Of a stretch of DNA of 64,000 nt, positions 37,724 through 51,231 are shown piece by piece; positions within the stretch are counted from its first letter, which is position 1; the number at the start of each line of letters is the position of its first letter. Source of the DNA: Octopus sinensis (lineage: Eukaryota); NCBI RefSeq assembly GCF_006345805.1, contig NC_042998.1, positions 182,218,001 to 182,282,000 on the forward strand, written 5' to 3'. The notes below the pieces were generated by a model. It searched no databases. It was not told where the DNA came from and worked only from the letters and a program-made list of their open reading frames with translations. The translations under genes were made by a program, and so were the position numbers.

Positions 37724-37814
37724 TTTTAGTACGATCGTTTCATACAAGGACAGGTTTTATTAAAAGTTGCAAAGATTACAGCATATAAACGAGTCCCGTA
37801 CTCATCAGCTAAAA
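37724..37814 (-). ncRNA. Type I hammerhead ribozyme with extended stem II (left arm of palindrome)
   Basis: UUUUAG CUGAUGA GUACGGGAC...GUCCUUGUAU GAAA CGAUCG UA CUAAAA. Confidence 0.75.
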
Positions 37815-38392
37815 TACATGTAAGTTCTCTAGACATCCTAGTGTTTGAGGCTATACTCATGAAGTAATGTAGATAATTAAACAGATTTCTAAAGTTCATT
37901 AAAGTTCTTTAAAGATGATGTACAGTCTTATCACAGAATTTTAAAAAAGTTTTGATAGCATCACAGAGAAGGTGACCTAATCCATATGAATTTCCATAGA
38001 TATGATGAGGGATTATATACTCACAGAAGACAAATTTATCCATTGTTAATTACAACGAGGTGGGTCTCAATTCCTGCTTATTAGCATTACAGAGAGGGTA
38101 AGGATTAATTCACCCTCTCTGTAATGCTAATAAGCAGGAATTGAGACCCACCTCGTTGTAATTAACAATGGATAATTTGTCTTCTGTGAGTATATAATCC
38201 CTCATCATATCTATGGAAATTCATATGGATTAGGTCACCTTCTCTGTGATGCTATCAAAACTTTTTAAAATTCTGTGATAAGACTGTACATCATCTTTAA
38301 AGAACTTTAATGAACTTTAGAATCTTTTAATTATCTACATTACTTCATGAGTATAGCCTCAAACACTAGGATGTCTAGAGAACTTACATGTA

Positions 38393-38482
38393 TTTTAGCT
38401 GATGAGTACGGACTCGTTTATATGCTGTAATCTTTGCAACTTTTAATAAAACCTGTCCTTGTATGAAACGATCGTACTAAAA
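38393..38482 (+). ncRNA. Type I hammerhead ribozyme with extended stem II (right arm of palindrome)
   Basis: Stem I UUUUAG/CUAAAA; CUGAUGA at 38399-38405; stem II GUAC-GGAC/GUCC-UU-GUAU around a ~40-nt loop; GAAA at 38465-38468; palindromic ACGAUCGU; GUA site. Confidence 0.75.
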
Positions 38483-38630
38483 ACCTATCCATTCTTGTTG
38501 CTTCTTTCTCGCTTATAATCACCCCACATTACTGTATTGTTAAATCAGTATAGTTTTTTTTGGTGCATCTAAGTTAGGTACCATATTCAAGTAATTTTTT
38601 TTTAAATAACTTGAACTTTATTGCTCTTTG

Positions 38631-38662
<32 letters not shown>

Positions 38663-38803
38663 ATATATATATTGCAAATAAGAAATGGAGGAGAACAATA
38701 GTTGGTTCATCAAATTTAGGACGTTAAATGTGTTAACTTACTTATTTATTAAACTGATAATTATAAGAATATACATACATATTGCATATATATATATGAA
38801 ATA

Positions 38804-38877
<74 letters not shown>

Positions 38878-39391
38878 CGATTTCTAACATAAGCACACAG
38901 CCAAACATTTTGAGAGAGGGTTTAGTTGATTTGAATTTTATTGAATTCTTTTACTTTGAAAAGCGAAAGGCAAGTCGACCCAACAAGATTCGAACTCAGA
39001 AGGTAAAATGACATAACTAAACATAAGATTTTTATCCAGCGTTTTTAAACATCCTGCCATTCTACTGACTCGAAATCAAATAATAAAATCAGGATTTCCA
39101 CCTTTGGCTCAAATTCACAGCCTTTTAAATACAATTAAATAAATAGTTGATTGATTTTATCGACTTCAGAAATATATAAAGTGAAATAGATCTCAGCGGG
39201 ATTTCAACTCAGAACGTGATAATATTCTTTTGTTCTCTAGGCACAAGGCCCCAAATTTTGAGGGAGGGGGCCAGTCAATTACATTGATCCCAGTACGCAA
39301 TTGGTACTTAATTTATCGACCCCGGAAGGATGAAAGACAAAGTCGACCTCGACGGAATTTGAACTCAGAGCGTAAAGAGAGACGTAATATC

Positions 39392-39624
39392 TATTTCTTT
39401 ATTACCCACAAGGGGTTAAACATAGAGGGGACAAACAAGCACAGAAAAAGGTATTAAGTCGATTATATCGGCCCCAGTGCGTAACTGGTACTTATTTAAT
39501 CGACCCCGAAAGGATGAAAGGCAAAGTCGACCTCGGTGGAATTTGAACTCAGAACGTAGCGGCAGACGAAATACGGCTACGCATTTCGCCCGGCGTGCTA
39601 ACGTTTCTATCAGCTCGCTGCCTT
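39392..39624 (-). mobile_element. SINE group A adjacent to or nested in an older SINE (39230-39390)
   Basis: Full-length young copy directly following an older reverse copy. Confidence 0.88.
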
Positions 39625-40500
39625 ATAATAACATATTGCTAGAGGTTTTGTCTGATACTCTATTGTTTTGGTCAGTGCATCATACATACGATAGTAACAA
39701 AACAAACAACAAGTTTACAGGCAAGAAATATACACTTGGCAAAAGTTTGCCGTGAAACATTCAGAACAAGGAGAGATTTCAAGGAACGAAGACTTTCTGA
39801 ACAATTTTATCTAACCGTGACAATGCATAAAGTACTAATTTTTGCAACCCGACGGAAAATACAAGGATAACGTTGTTTAACCCAAACCAGTTTTAATCTA
39901 GCAGATTTATCATCAAAGGCATTTTGCTAGTCATGACTGTATTGCTCAATATATTCTTCCTTCTTCCTATTTTTTAAAACGGTAGGGTGTGCCTCTCGAG
40001 AGATTCGGTTACTATTTCTGTGTGATCGAGCGAATGTGTCGTTTTACGGATGTTTTCATTTTCATGTTACGCCTCAAAAACTTTATACCAATCAATTTCT
40101 TTCTTTATTTGTAAGGCAGTCACTATTCTGACATTGTTTACAAAATACATATTTAGACATTGTTTTGAAACTTTGGGAATCCTTGAGACGTAGAAACAAG
40201 ATCTAGATCAACGCTTAAAATCTGAGAGTATGAGATGACACTATGATAGAATATCGTGTTCCAAGTCTGCAACCTTATACCAAAATATAATACTATGACA
40301 TTTTAGCATTCCTCTCTAATATTCAAGCATTTAAAAAGTTTTCGTCACACACACACACACACACACACACACACCACATTCACACATACACGCACGTACG
40401 CACAAGCACACACGCGACATCATAGTATATCAGACTATCATTTTACAGTATATTCCACTTCTCGCCAAATATATTAAACTTTGTTTTTGAGAAAATTTCT

Positions 40501-40561
<61 letters not shown>

Positions 40562-40899
40562 CGCACGCATAAGAACACGCATCGAATTGTGGTAATAAAG
40601 ATGTTAACTCTATTTTTTTGGATCTAGCAAAGAATTCTACCAACAGAATTTGCTACAGCAAGTCAAGTACTTGATGGTTCGGTGCTCTAACCTTAACACC
40701 AGTTTCATTCATAAAACATTGATATAAATAGTAACAATAAGTTTCGTTTCATGAAATCGATCATAGAATATTACTGGTACCTATATCAACCCCATTCATT
40801 TTCGGTTAGGAGAGGAGTAATAGATTGCGCTACAAAGCCGTCGAGTGGAAGGCCCCGCCCGATATGGTGTGCATTCTCTCTTGATGATACCCGAAACCT

Positions 40900-41560
40900 A
40901 CAGGCACTCGATATGTACACTAGCAAGCTGTTTCAAAGCTTCGAAGACAGGAAAGATGAGTGAGGTTAACAACTGTAGAAGAAAATAAAAAATAGGAGGC
41001 GATAAACTTCAGGAAAAAGTGTATAAAGGTTTGTGCGGGGTCCGGAGGAGAGTACATTATGAATGACGTCAAGAGAGGAAGTTGTTGGTGGGTTCCGAGA
41101 GAAATTATATTTAGCTTGCTGGTTTTAAGGAAGAGAGGCACTGGTAGAAGGAGTAGAAAAAGCAGTGCAATGTGACAATGTTTTGGGGTAAACAAATTGA
41201 AGCGAGATGATGAGTGATTCTTTTCCAATCATCTGAATGGTTTTCTTTTGATGAGGTGCACCAGTATAAGAAAAGTGCGAGAGTCAAGAGGACTTATGAA
41301 CTTTGAAGCCTCCAAGAACTATGATTTCAGAGACCGGTGAAGTGAAATAGATGTCCTCGATGCGAGACAAAAGATGGTGATTAATCATTTGGTGATTAAG
41401 GGAGTACCTGAGGTAGGAGCGTGTCAAGGTAGGAGCTTGCATGTAGTCACCCGATTTACTAGAAATAACAGTTACAAAAAGGGACATTTTAGATAATGTA
41501 GTTATATGGACAATATGTCTCAAAATTAGGTAGGATGGTCACGATGGGACACATTTTGAT
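40900..41560 (-). pseudogene. Decayed LINE apurinic-endonuclease region (Jockey/CR1-like)
   Basis: SRIEDIYFTSPVSEIIVLGGFKVH (cf. EIIxLGDFNVH) plus downstream SLGTHQQL/PPDP segments; multiple frameshifts. Confidence 0.55.
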
Positions 41561-41730
41561 CATTGGCTTGATTATAAATGGCATAGGGCTAAATCATAGC
41601 AATAATCCCCGGATGTTGCGAGGAAACTCAAGTCAGTTGTGACAAATCAAGGAAAAGAATCTTTATCACTCAGAATATTTAATTGATTACCCAGTTTCCC
41701 TATTTCGAGGTTGAACGTCATAGTGTAGAG

Positions 41731-42075
41731 CAGGGGTTCTCAGCCATTTTTGATCTATGGACCCCTTCGATTACTATTTTATTCTAGTGGACCCCCATAG
41801 CCAATCGATGTTTAAAAACTAGTTTTATAAGAATCTTTCAAAATTTCTATTTTGTATTCGCACATTAACACGTGTAAGCTGAACTATGTAAAATGTTAGA
41901 GAAAGAAACCTAGCAGTTTCTTCCGATACATACCAATACATTCATCTAAAGCAAAATTTTTCCAAGAGCCCTTAAAATACTATTGTGGATCCCTAAATTA
42001 CTATTTTGTTGCGTGGACCCCTAAAATCTTATATGGATCCCCAGGGACCATACGGACCCTGGTTGTGAGCCACTG
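41731..42075. mobile_element. hAT (Charlie-like) MITE
   Basis: Termini CAGGGGTTCTCA...TGTGAGCCACTG; degenerate 8-bp TSD GTGTAGAG/GCGTAGGG with central TAG. Confidence 0.7.
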
Positions 42076-42228
42076 GCGTAGGGGTTAACTCACGATGATT
42101 TACATCCCTCACTTGGTTTCCATTCCCTGTCGGATACATTTCATATCAAACAACTTTATTTATTTTAGCTAAGGCTCGATCATTTTAATATATATCCCCT
42201 TATCTAAAAATCACATTTGATCTATATA

Positions 42229-42464
42229 CAGGATGGGCCAAAAGTAAGTTTACAGTTATCACGTAAGCACTTTAAATTTCTTTTAAAACATTTTATTACA
42301 TTTAAATTTCTATCTTATAAACTGAAAAGAGAACTTGACAAAATTAACTAAATTAGCATAGAATAATGGTTTCATTTGCTTTTTATAATTAAGATCTAAA
42401 CTGTTAATATATGAATGCGAAAGAGATAGTTAAATAACTGTAAATCTACTTTTGAGCCACCCTG
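42229..42464. mobile_element. Tc1/mariner MITE
   Basis: TA|CAGGATGGGCCAAAAGTAAGTTTACAGTT...AACTGTAAATCTACTTTTGAGCCACCCTG|TA. Confidence 0.75.
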
Positions 42465-43233
42465 TATAAAAAACAATTACTTTTTCTCATTAATCTCTCA
42501 ATTATCGGAAGAAAATCAAATCTATCATTTACTCAACAGGTTACCTTGTAGGGTCAACAAACTGTGACCCTTTCAAACTTGGCTTATTATTGTATAATAT
42601 TTGGTTGAATTACAAAACTACTGAATCACCCTGCTTCAGTGACATGATGTTGCAAAATACCCCCAAACAGTGATAACACATCACGATATCATTACATCCC
42701 TTTCATACTCCAGAGCTATTCTCTATCTGGCTCCTTCATGTCACGCATTTATATGAGAACTTGTCAAAATACCACCTACTTTGAATGTTTCTACTTATAT
42801 AACAAATAACAGTTTGAACCCAGATGACTTTTAGCTTCCAACTTGATATTATATGACACCGCCATTTTTATTATTATTATTATTGTTTTTTTTGTTGTTG
42901 TCGTAGCCTTTTCGACGCATATTGCTTAATGACAAGCATTTAAATCTTTGCGCTAATAAATACAGGCGAATAACGTACGATAGAAAGTGTAGTCCCTGCG
43001 AATCCTCGAGTTCGCAAAGCGATTTCGATTTTCGGTTGAGTTATTTCGATCCATTAAGGTTGCAAATATTCAAAACAAAGACATTTTATTACTTTGAATT
43101 ACGCATCTTCTAAAAGTAATAGGCTTCGTGTCATCCTCAAGAAAACAACAAGGAAATTCAGTGTAATATTTCAGGAAAACAAAGTATCATAGTAAGGTGC
43201 ACACTAAAATGAATATCCTATCTTTAAGGTGTA

Positions 43234-43570
43234 GTGAAGGCGCAAAGCTCAATGGTTAGGGCGTCGGGATTACAATCGTGTGGTTGTGAGTTCGATTTCC
43301 AAACCGGGCTGTGTTGTGTTCTTGGGCAAGACACTGTATTTCACGTTGCTCCAGTTCACTCAGTTGTAGAAATGAATTGCGGAGTCACTGGTGCCAAGCT
43401 CTATCGGCCTTTGCCTTTCCCTTGGATAACGTCGGTGGCACTGAGATGGGGAAACTGGCATGCACGGGCGACTGCTGGTCTTCCATAAACAACTTTACCT
43501 GGACTTGTGCATCGGAGGGTAACTTTCTAGGTGCAATCCTGTGGTCATTCGTGACCAAAAGGGGTCTTTA
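43234..43570 (+). mobile_element. SINE group B with alternative tail 2
   Basis: Same tRNA/CORE-like head as 9930-10255 but a different 3' half; also at about 49422-49687 on minus. Confidence 0.8.
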
Positions 43571-44518
43571 CTTTATCTTTGAGCTATCACTTTTTCTGTG
43601 GCCATTTCATAGTGGAAATACTTCCTTTCCTATAAATATTCTTTAAGTTTCCTCTCTACTTCGATTACTGTTTCTTCCTAGACGGATGGATGCAGCAGAT
43701 ACCGAGTATCTTAATTAGACATTTATCCCATTTACGTTGTCTTTTAGCAAGTACCTGACTTTTCAGAACTGAATTATTAAACCATTTATTTATTTTGGTT
43801 TAACTAAGATCCCCTCACATACGAGCACATTTGCACGACCCTCCTCAATTTTTTCATATTACATACTGTTAAGCAGGATACCCCTTAATACACCCTACTT
43901 CGAAACCCTTTACATACAAAGCCATTCGGAGGAAGGTAAGCTTCACTGATAAACAATATATCTTTATAACCAGCGAATAGACGTTAATGCATAATAGGAT
44001 GTCCTATCGCCTGAGAAAAGGCCTGAGATTCCCCACATCTAAGACTTACTAGATTTAATCCTACAAAATACTTTCGGTGGTTAAAATTGATCAAAACTGT
44101 CTAGTAACTTTTATCTTATACTTGTGTTAGTCATTGGACTGTAGACATACTGGGGTACTGTCTTGAATGGTCTAGTCGAACAAATCGACTCCAGTACTAA
44201 TGTTACCAAAGCGACATAAGTAAACCTACAAGAGTTATCAGTGGTAGTGGGGATACAAACATAAAACATACACACATACATACACACGACGGGGCGAGTT
44301 TCCACACAGTTTCTGTCTACCAAATTCACTTACAAGGTAATGGTCGACCTGGGGCTAAAGTAGAAGACAACTGCCCAAAGTGCCGTGCAGTGGGACTGAA
44401 CCAGAAACCACGGGGTTGCAAAGCGAGTTTCTTAACCACACAGCTATACCTGCACCTACCAAGACATGTATTGAATATTTTTTATAGCATGGTCAGGGAT
44501 AAATGTGGTACCCATGTC

Positions 44519-44940
44519 GGATCTTTTCCGTTTGAACGGCAGTTTTTAACATAATTTCTAGGTAACTAAAAAATTTTAAACTTCGTATACTGGTAGAATG
44601 TGTTTATAAAACATCTTTTTCTCTTGTCTTTATTGAGAAAATTCTATAGTTTGTAAGATATTTGTTGTTTTTTTTCTTCAATTTCTGCAATTTCAACCAA
44701 TCAGTGACGTCTATTGAGTTAAAAAGCATTCTGTGCCGTATGAATATGTCCCTCGTTTAAGAAACAGATTGGGTTTATTTACATTTGTGAAGAAAAAAAG
44801 ATACCCTTCCCCCACTCCTAACTCTAACCCTAACCCTAAAACAGACTGAAATGCAATAGATCGATTCTAGGGTCATAATTATGGGTGACAATTTCATATG
44901 ACACCGCTAGAAAAAACTGCCGTTCAAACCCAAAAGATCC
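44519..44940 (+). mobile_element. GGATC-MITE copy 7 (subfamily A)
   Basis: Perfect TSD CCCATGTC. Confidence 0.93.
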
Positions 44941-45100
44941 CCCATGTCTCTTTTCAGAGTCAGGACTGGTAGGAGAAAGAGGAAAGTCTTTAAGAAGTCG
45001 CTCCTCTTAATAATCATGGTTGGAATGTCTTTGATCATAAGTCTGCTTAGTTATAGATGACCATGGGCTATACAATACCAGCGACAACGCGATACTGTAA

Positions 45101-45291
45101 CAGTATTTGATGATGTAAAAGACACACATCCATATCAGACGGACACGCATTACAACAGAGCATATCGAAGAAAAAAAAATTCTTTTCGTGTATTAAAGCA
45201 TGTAATATTGACCCAACTTTTCATATAGGGACCAAGAATCTGGGACGATTTTTTTGGGAAAAAAGTGCGTTTTCTATGCCATCAAATACGG
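45101..45291. mobile_element. Old pogo/Tigger-like MITE
   Basis: CAGTATTTGATGATGTAAAAGACACAC...GTGCGTTTTCTATGCCATCAAATACGG degenerate TIRs. Confidence 0.5.
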
Positions 45292-45545
45292 AAGTTATCC
45301 ATGTTATGGAGAAGGGCCTAATCGTCTCATAATTTAGTTTTATCACTGTATAGAATAATGCCTTTCACCGCCTGTCGCTACAATGTTATCACCAAACTGT
45401 TATTCTAAACTATCTCTATAATCAATATGGGTATATCATATGGGCGGACAGTAATCAAATCGACTACACGCATCTGGATATTAGTATCTATCTTTCTCAT
45501 TTATCTACCTCCTTCACTCTGTCCACACGCTCACAAACACACGCG

Positions 45546-45576
<31 letters not shown>

Positions 45577-45644
45577 ATGTATGCATACACATATACATCT
45601 GTATATATATATAACCAAATCCAAATACAAAAACGAAATATATA

Positions 45645-45682
<38 letters not shown>

Positions 45683-45800
45683 CAAAGAAATTCCAACTCT
45701 GTTTTTTATGTCTTATTTATATTCTTTATAATATTGATGTAGAGTATAGAATATATAGTATAAATAGTATATATATATATAGTAAAAAGAAATGAAGTAT

Positions 45801-45857
<57 letters not shown>

Positions 45858-46029
45858 TACATAGTTACATGTATGTGCGCACGCATGTTTTATAAAGCGT
45901 TATAGTGTATACATATATACTGTACAGCACGCATATACACTCATACAAAATATATACATGTATTTATAAGTGTGTGTATGTGTGTGTGTTGAAGGAGTGG
46001 GGGAACGCATGTGCTTGTGTGTGGTAGTG

Positions 46030-46880
46030 AGTTCGCGAAGAGACATCACTGATAAATTTTGTTGTTTAAAAAATTCAATAGAAAAATTTATTGTCGATCC
46101 CTCATCATTTTTGTATGATGTGTCATTACTAAATCCAATAATTGATTATTGAACATTAAATGCATCTTTGTTTCTTTAATAAACTCGATTAATGTCCCAC
46201 AGAAATAATGAGTTTTTTTTTAATGTGAAATTAATTACGTAATAACTAAATTTTATATAAGTCTTTGTGAAGATGCTTAATTGCTACAGTTTGCCTTGAT
46301 ATTCTAGAAGATGAAGGAAGTCTTGATCTTAATATATAATTATATGTTAGATCTATTCTTTGGTTTAGCCATTGCAAAATGACATTGCAATGACTGAAGT
46401 CAGATTATGGCAGAGTGACCGTACGATTTCTTTACCGCCATTGTAAAAGCTGGAATACTTGGAAATTGTGTTTTATTTAGAGTTGCGTCATTTCTTGGAA
46501 TGAGCAAGTTATTGTCTTTGCTTTCTTTGAATATACATGCATGAATATAAAACTAACAGGACGGTCAAACAAATGTCATTTAAAAGTCCAATCCTTAAAT
46601 TCTAATTTTGAAGAAGCATTTTTACGAGACCTTTCGAGTTCATGAAGCGCCATCTCTGATAAATTTTGTTATTTAAAAAATTTAATTGAAAAATTTATTG
46701 CCGATCCCTCATCACTTTTATATGATGGGCCATGACTGAGTATACGGTCCAATAATTGACTATTGAACTTCAGTGCGTCTTTGTTCCTTTTTGTGAGGAT
46801 TATCATTGTTGAAATTTGACGTGTTGCTACATCATTTGTGATATCGTTTGATTCATCATATATTTCTCCAATTTCCATGT
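46030..46880 (-). pseudogene. Decayed Helitron (Pif1-like) helicase C-terminal fragment, partly duplicated
   Basis: ILTKRNKDALKFNSQLLDRI...AINFSIKFFK*QNLSEMALHEL and LIPR...QFPSIPAFTMAVKKSYGHS match Helitron helicase motifs (ILxPxNxD...NFPxEFLN...GMPPHxL; QFPxxxAFAMTINKSQGQS); the NFSIEFF segment recurs at about 46040-46170. Confidence 0.7.
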
Positions 46881-47429
46881 GACCAAATCACAAGGAACTT
46901 CCGTACTACATAAATCTATCGCCATATCATTTTCTAGAGCCCCATCGTCAGTTTTACGCAGTCACGTCAAGAATTCATCTTATGTTGCTCTTGTCTCACA
47001 TTGCCTATGAGATTTAATTCTTGACCGCTTGGTTCTCTTGACTCTTAATACATGACCCTTGGTGCATAACTAAGCTATCTCTCTGTATAATCAATGTGGA
47101 TATGTAATGTGGATGGCCAGCAATCGACTATACACATTATCGAAATTATGTAAAGCAGTAACGGGATTATGAAATCCCAATACCGAACACTCTAAGTAAT
47201 CCTTGAATAAAGTATTTTCAATGTTTCATAAGCATTTCTTTTTACTGTGTTCAAAATATTTCCTTGCTTAAGGAAATCTTTTGTTTTCTTCAAATTGCTG
47301 ATGGAGTTATTTTAATGTTTTGATTGTTCATTGAGCCATATCAAAGCAAACAAATTTCCGAAATAAGAAGGAAGTTCATAGGGGGAAGCTACACTTGTAA
47401 TCTTTTCATAGCCATTATTATTAAAGTTA

Positions 47430-47640
47430 AGGCGGCGAACTGGCAGAATCGTTAGAACGCCGGGCGAAATGCATAATGGTATTTTGTCTGTTGCTGCGTT
47501 CTGAGTTCAAATTCCGCCGAGGTCGACTTTGCCTTTCATCCTTTCGGGGTCGATAAATCAAGTACCAGTTGAGTACTGGGGTCGATGTAATCGACTACCC
47601 CATTCCCCCAAATTTCAGGCCTTGTGCCTTTAGTAGAAAA
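47430..47640 (+). mobile_element. SINE group A relative (older tail AGGCCTTGTGCC)
   Basis: Group-A head with the older 3' end; similar copies at 1-140, 36918-37120 and 49140-49350. Confidence 0.8.
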
Positions 47641-50260
47641 AAATATATATTAAAGTTCGTTGTTAAGCAGCTCCTACAAAGTTACATGTAGAACTCCATC
47701 TACTGTCGATAGATTATCAAAGTTCATTATTCCTCTCACATTAAAAATTAGTATTCTAAGACGGAAGCGTTCGGATTCTTTAAAACTGACAATGTATATT
47801 CTTGGAATAGTTTTACTGGAATCGTGAATTCTTGGTTTCTTCAATGGAGTTTTCTTCTTAAAAAACATAATATGGAATAGAGGAATATAGTAGGTCTCAC
47901 ACCCACATATCTTGTTGATTCATTACAAACCACGCAGTCAAGTTTTTTCTTTATTGACAGCTTATAATGCTTACCTTTCCTTTCTGTCAATGAAATACAC
48001 ACTCTGGTCTCTTTCCAAATGAAGTATCAGTATCATCCCTATAATTTGCATGCAACATTTTCTCTATTTCGTTTTAAAATAGTTGTCAGATAATATAATA
48101 ATTCAATTATTATATTGAATTATGTATTATAGCAACTTAGCCATGACAAAAGGAACTTGTCTTGCATTCCACTTGCTGGAATCGAACCTTGGATACTATA
48201 ATTGCAAAGCGAACTGCTTAACCACTCGACCGAGCTTGCACGCACAAGCGCGCGCGCACGCACAAGCGCGCGCGCACGCACACGCAAACACACACGAGAC
48301 CCATGAGAGTAAATACAATCTCTGCCTATCAAAGATCAGCTAGGATAAGGGACCAGATGTGGCAGTCAATGATTTAGTAATAGATTTCCACACTGTGTTT
48401 TGTAACATTACAAAGAATATTTTGGCTTTTATTACAATAAACATCAACATCCTAAAAAAAAAAAAAAAAATAATAATAAACGAGCCTGAGAAGTATTGAA
48501 GTGAAAAATAGTCTTTAAAAAGATAATGATTTTACTAAAATTATCCCGCCCCTAAATTCTATTATTTTTTTTTAAGCATGTATCTAAACGACTGGTTCAA
48601 ATATTTCCCTGTAAGCTTATTTGTTTTTAGATTTCTGCCCTTTCGCAAAACGATAAGTGTATATCATGCCCTTGTTTCATTTCCCATAAGATCATTTGTT
48701 CGAGATCTAGGTCAGCGCGTTGTTTCCCCAGCACGTGTGTGTGTGTACGACTATTGGACGTGAACGGTCGTTTAGAAAAACCACAAAACAATGTAGTCGT
48801 GTTGCCATTGTCAAGACACGAAAACTACACTAAATAAAGTATTACAAGATTTGTCCGAAAATATCCAACACAATATAGGAGATTTGTATTTGTCTTGTCA
48901 CGGAAGTATACAAAGTGAATTATTACAGCATCCAGAGAAAAGATTTACTAACCATATTGTTGTAGAACTGCCTTTGTTAGGGCACGAAATTACCCTGAAT
49001 ATATTATACTAAGAAAATTCCCCTTTAAGATAAATCAGCAACTAAATAAATAAATAAAAGCCACTCCAAAATTTTGCAAAGATAAAAAACAACAACAATA
49101 AAAAATTAAACAAAAGAAATCATTAAATGATATAGGCAGGACAGCGAACAGGCAGAATCATTAGAACGGTGGAGAAAATGCCTTGCAGTATTCCTTCTGG
49201 TTCTTTGCGTTCTGAATTCACATTTCGTCGAGGTCACCTTTGACCTTCATTCTTTCGGGAGTAGATAAAAGCATCAGTTAAATAATGGAGTCAATGTAAT
49301 CGTCTTGCATGCCCCGCGCCGCTCAAAATTGCTGGTTCTCTGCCAAAATTAGAAAGAATTAAATAATACAAGAGATTTTATATAAATTAGCATCTTTGTA
49401 TGCTATAAAGGATAAAGACCTACTTTGGTCTTGAATGACTATGGGATTGCACCTAGAAAGTTACCCTCGGGGGCACAAGTCCACATAAGGTTGTTTATAG
49501 AAGACCAGCAATTACACATGAATACCAGCCTCCCCTCTCTACGCCAGGGTTTTATCCAAAGGAAAGGCAAAAGCTGATACAGCTTGGCACCAGTGACATC
49601 GCAATTCATTTCTACAGGTGACTGAACTGGAGCAACGTGAAATAAAGTGTCTTGCCCAAAAACACAACACAGCCCGATCCGGAAATCAATATTATATGAA
49701 TCATATTTGCAATGAAACACAACATATTAAGTTTAAAATACAAATAAATAAACATCCGAATTGGAGCAAAGCAAATGAGCTGATAAAATTAAATCAACGT
49801 GAGATCAACTACTTACAAGGTTGTAAGTGTATGTGTATGTTTTATTTTTCAGCAAGCAGAAGCAAATTGGATTCGACAAAAAAAAATCAGCATTTGGACA
49901 GCGTAACGGAGAGTGCCTTCAAATGCAGTCGCTGCAGCAGTGAGCTGTTACTCCCGTGAGAACCTCTACATTCAAAGCAGGCGTTGCTCTGCCAACAAAA
50001 TCGAAACAAGACTTTGCTGATACTGCGTTACGGTCTCACGGGACTGACTAGACCCATGGACACACACACACACATATGAATGACCATTTTGATGTGATGT
50101 GTGTATACGTGTGCGCGAGTGCGTGCACGTGTCATAGATTCATTTTTAAAAACCATAGGCAGTGTCACACTGATATGCTTGAATATGTGAATGGAGCTAA
50201 ACGCCATAAAACCCACCTAGATAAATTGTTACTGCAACAGTACGCTGTGGAACTATACTT

Positions 50261-50677
50261 GGATCTTTTCGGTTTGAACGGCAGTTTTTTCTAGCGGTGT
50301 CATATGAAATTGTCACCCATAATTATGACCCTAGAATCGATCTATTGCATTTCAATCTCTTTTAGGGTTAGGGTTAGGAGTGGAGGAAGGGTATCTTTTT
50401 TCTTCACAAATGTAAATAAACCCAATCTGTTTCTTAAACGAGGGACATATTCATACGGCACAGAATGCATTTTAACTCAATAGACGTCACTGATTGGTTG
50501 AAATTGAAGAAATTGAAGAAAAAAACAACAGCAAATATCTTACAAATTATAGAATTTTTTCAATAAAGCCAAGAGAAAAAGATGTTTTATAAAGACATTC
50601 TTCCAGTATACGAAGTTTAAAATTTTTTAGTTACCTAGAAATTATGTTAAAAACTGCCGTTCAAAGCGAAAAGATCC
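50261..50677 (-). mobile_element. GGATC-MITE copy 8 (subfamily A)
   Basis: TSD CTATACTT/CTATACTC. Confidence 0.92.
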
Positions 50678-50819
50678 CTATACTCATCTCTCGTGGTTCC
50701 GAAGTGCGCTTCTTAACCATCCAGCCATGTTACTCTCTCTCTCACACACAGGCTTGTGAATATATGTTTATATAAGTGCAGTCAGGTAATTTATTCTTCT
50801 CTTCAAATCTTTCCTTCAG

Positions 50820-50858
50820 AGATGCGGAAGAAGAATATTGGTATCAAAGATCAGATCT
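50820..50858 (+). CDS. Candidate 39-nt internal exon
   Basis: Strong acceptor CTTCTCTTCAAATCTTTCCTTCAG| and consensus donor |GTAAGT; length divisible by 3; all three frames open (for example DAEEEYWYQRSD). Confidence 0.35.
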
Positions 50859-51231
50859 GTAAGTATTCCTTATCTCCAAGTGTCAACTGTTCTAATGTAT
50901 GTCAGCGACGTATGCTTGTGTCAGGCAGTTCTGCCATTTCTCGAACTACGTTCCGATCGACCAGAGTTAAACGAGATAAGAAACAACGTATGCTAGTTAG
51001 TGCGGTGATGGCCTTCCTTAACTCTTATCTCCTGCTCAGATTAGGACTTCAAGTGAACAATACAGATTTAAGGAGTTCAAATTACACTAATATTGAATTT
51101 ACTGTTCGTCAATCTAGGTCGTTAAAAATAAGGTTGAATCGACTGAAATCTTTCCCAATCGAACAGATTCGAAATTTTAGAAAAAAAAAGTTATGAATTT
51201 ATTAATAATTTTATAAGTAGTTCAAAATTTT

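Larger units (their letters stand above)
37694..38512. repeat. 819-bp near-perfect palindrome (arms 406 and 401 bp, 12-nt spacer)
   Basis: 37694-38099 is the reverse complement of 38112-38512; the five differences I found are all single-base indels; left end abuts (TA)n. Confidence 0.92.
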
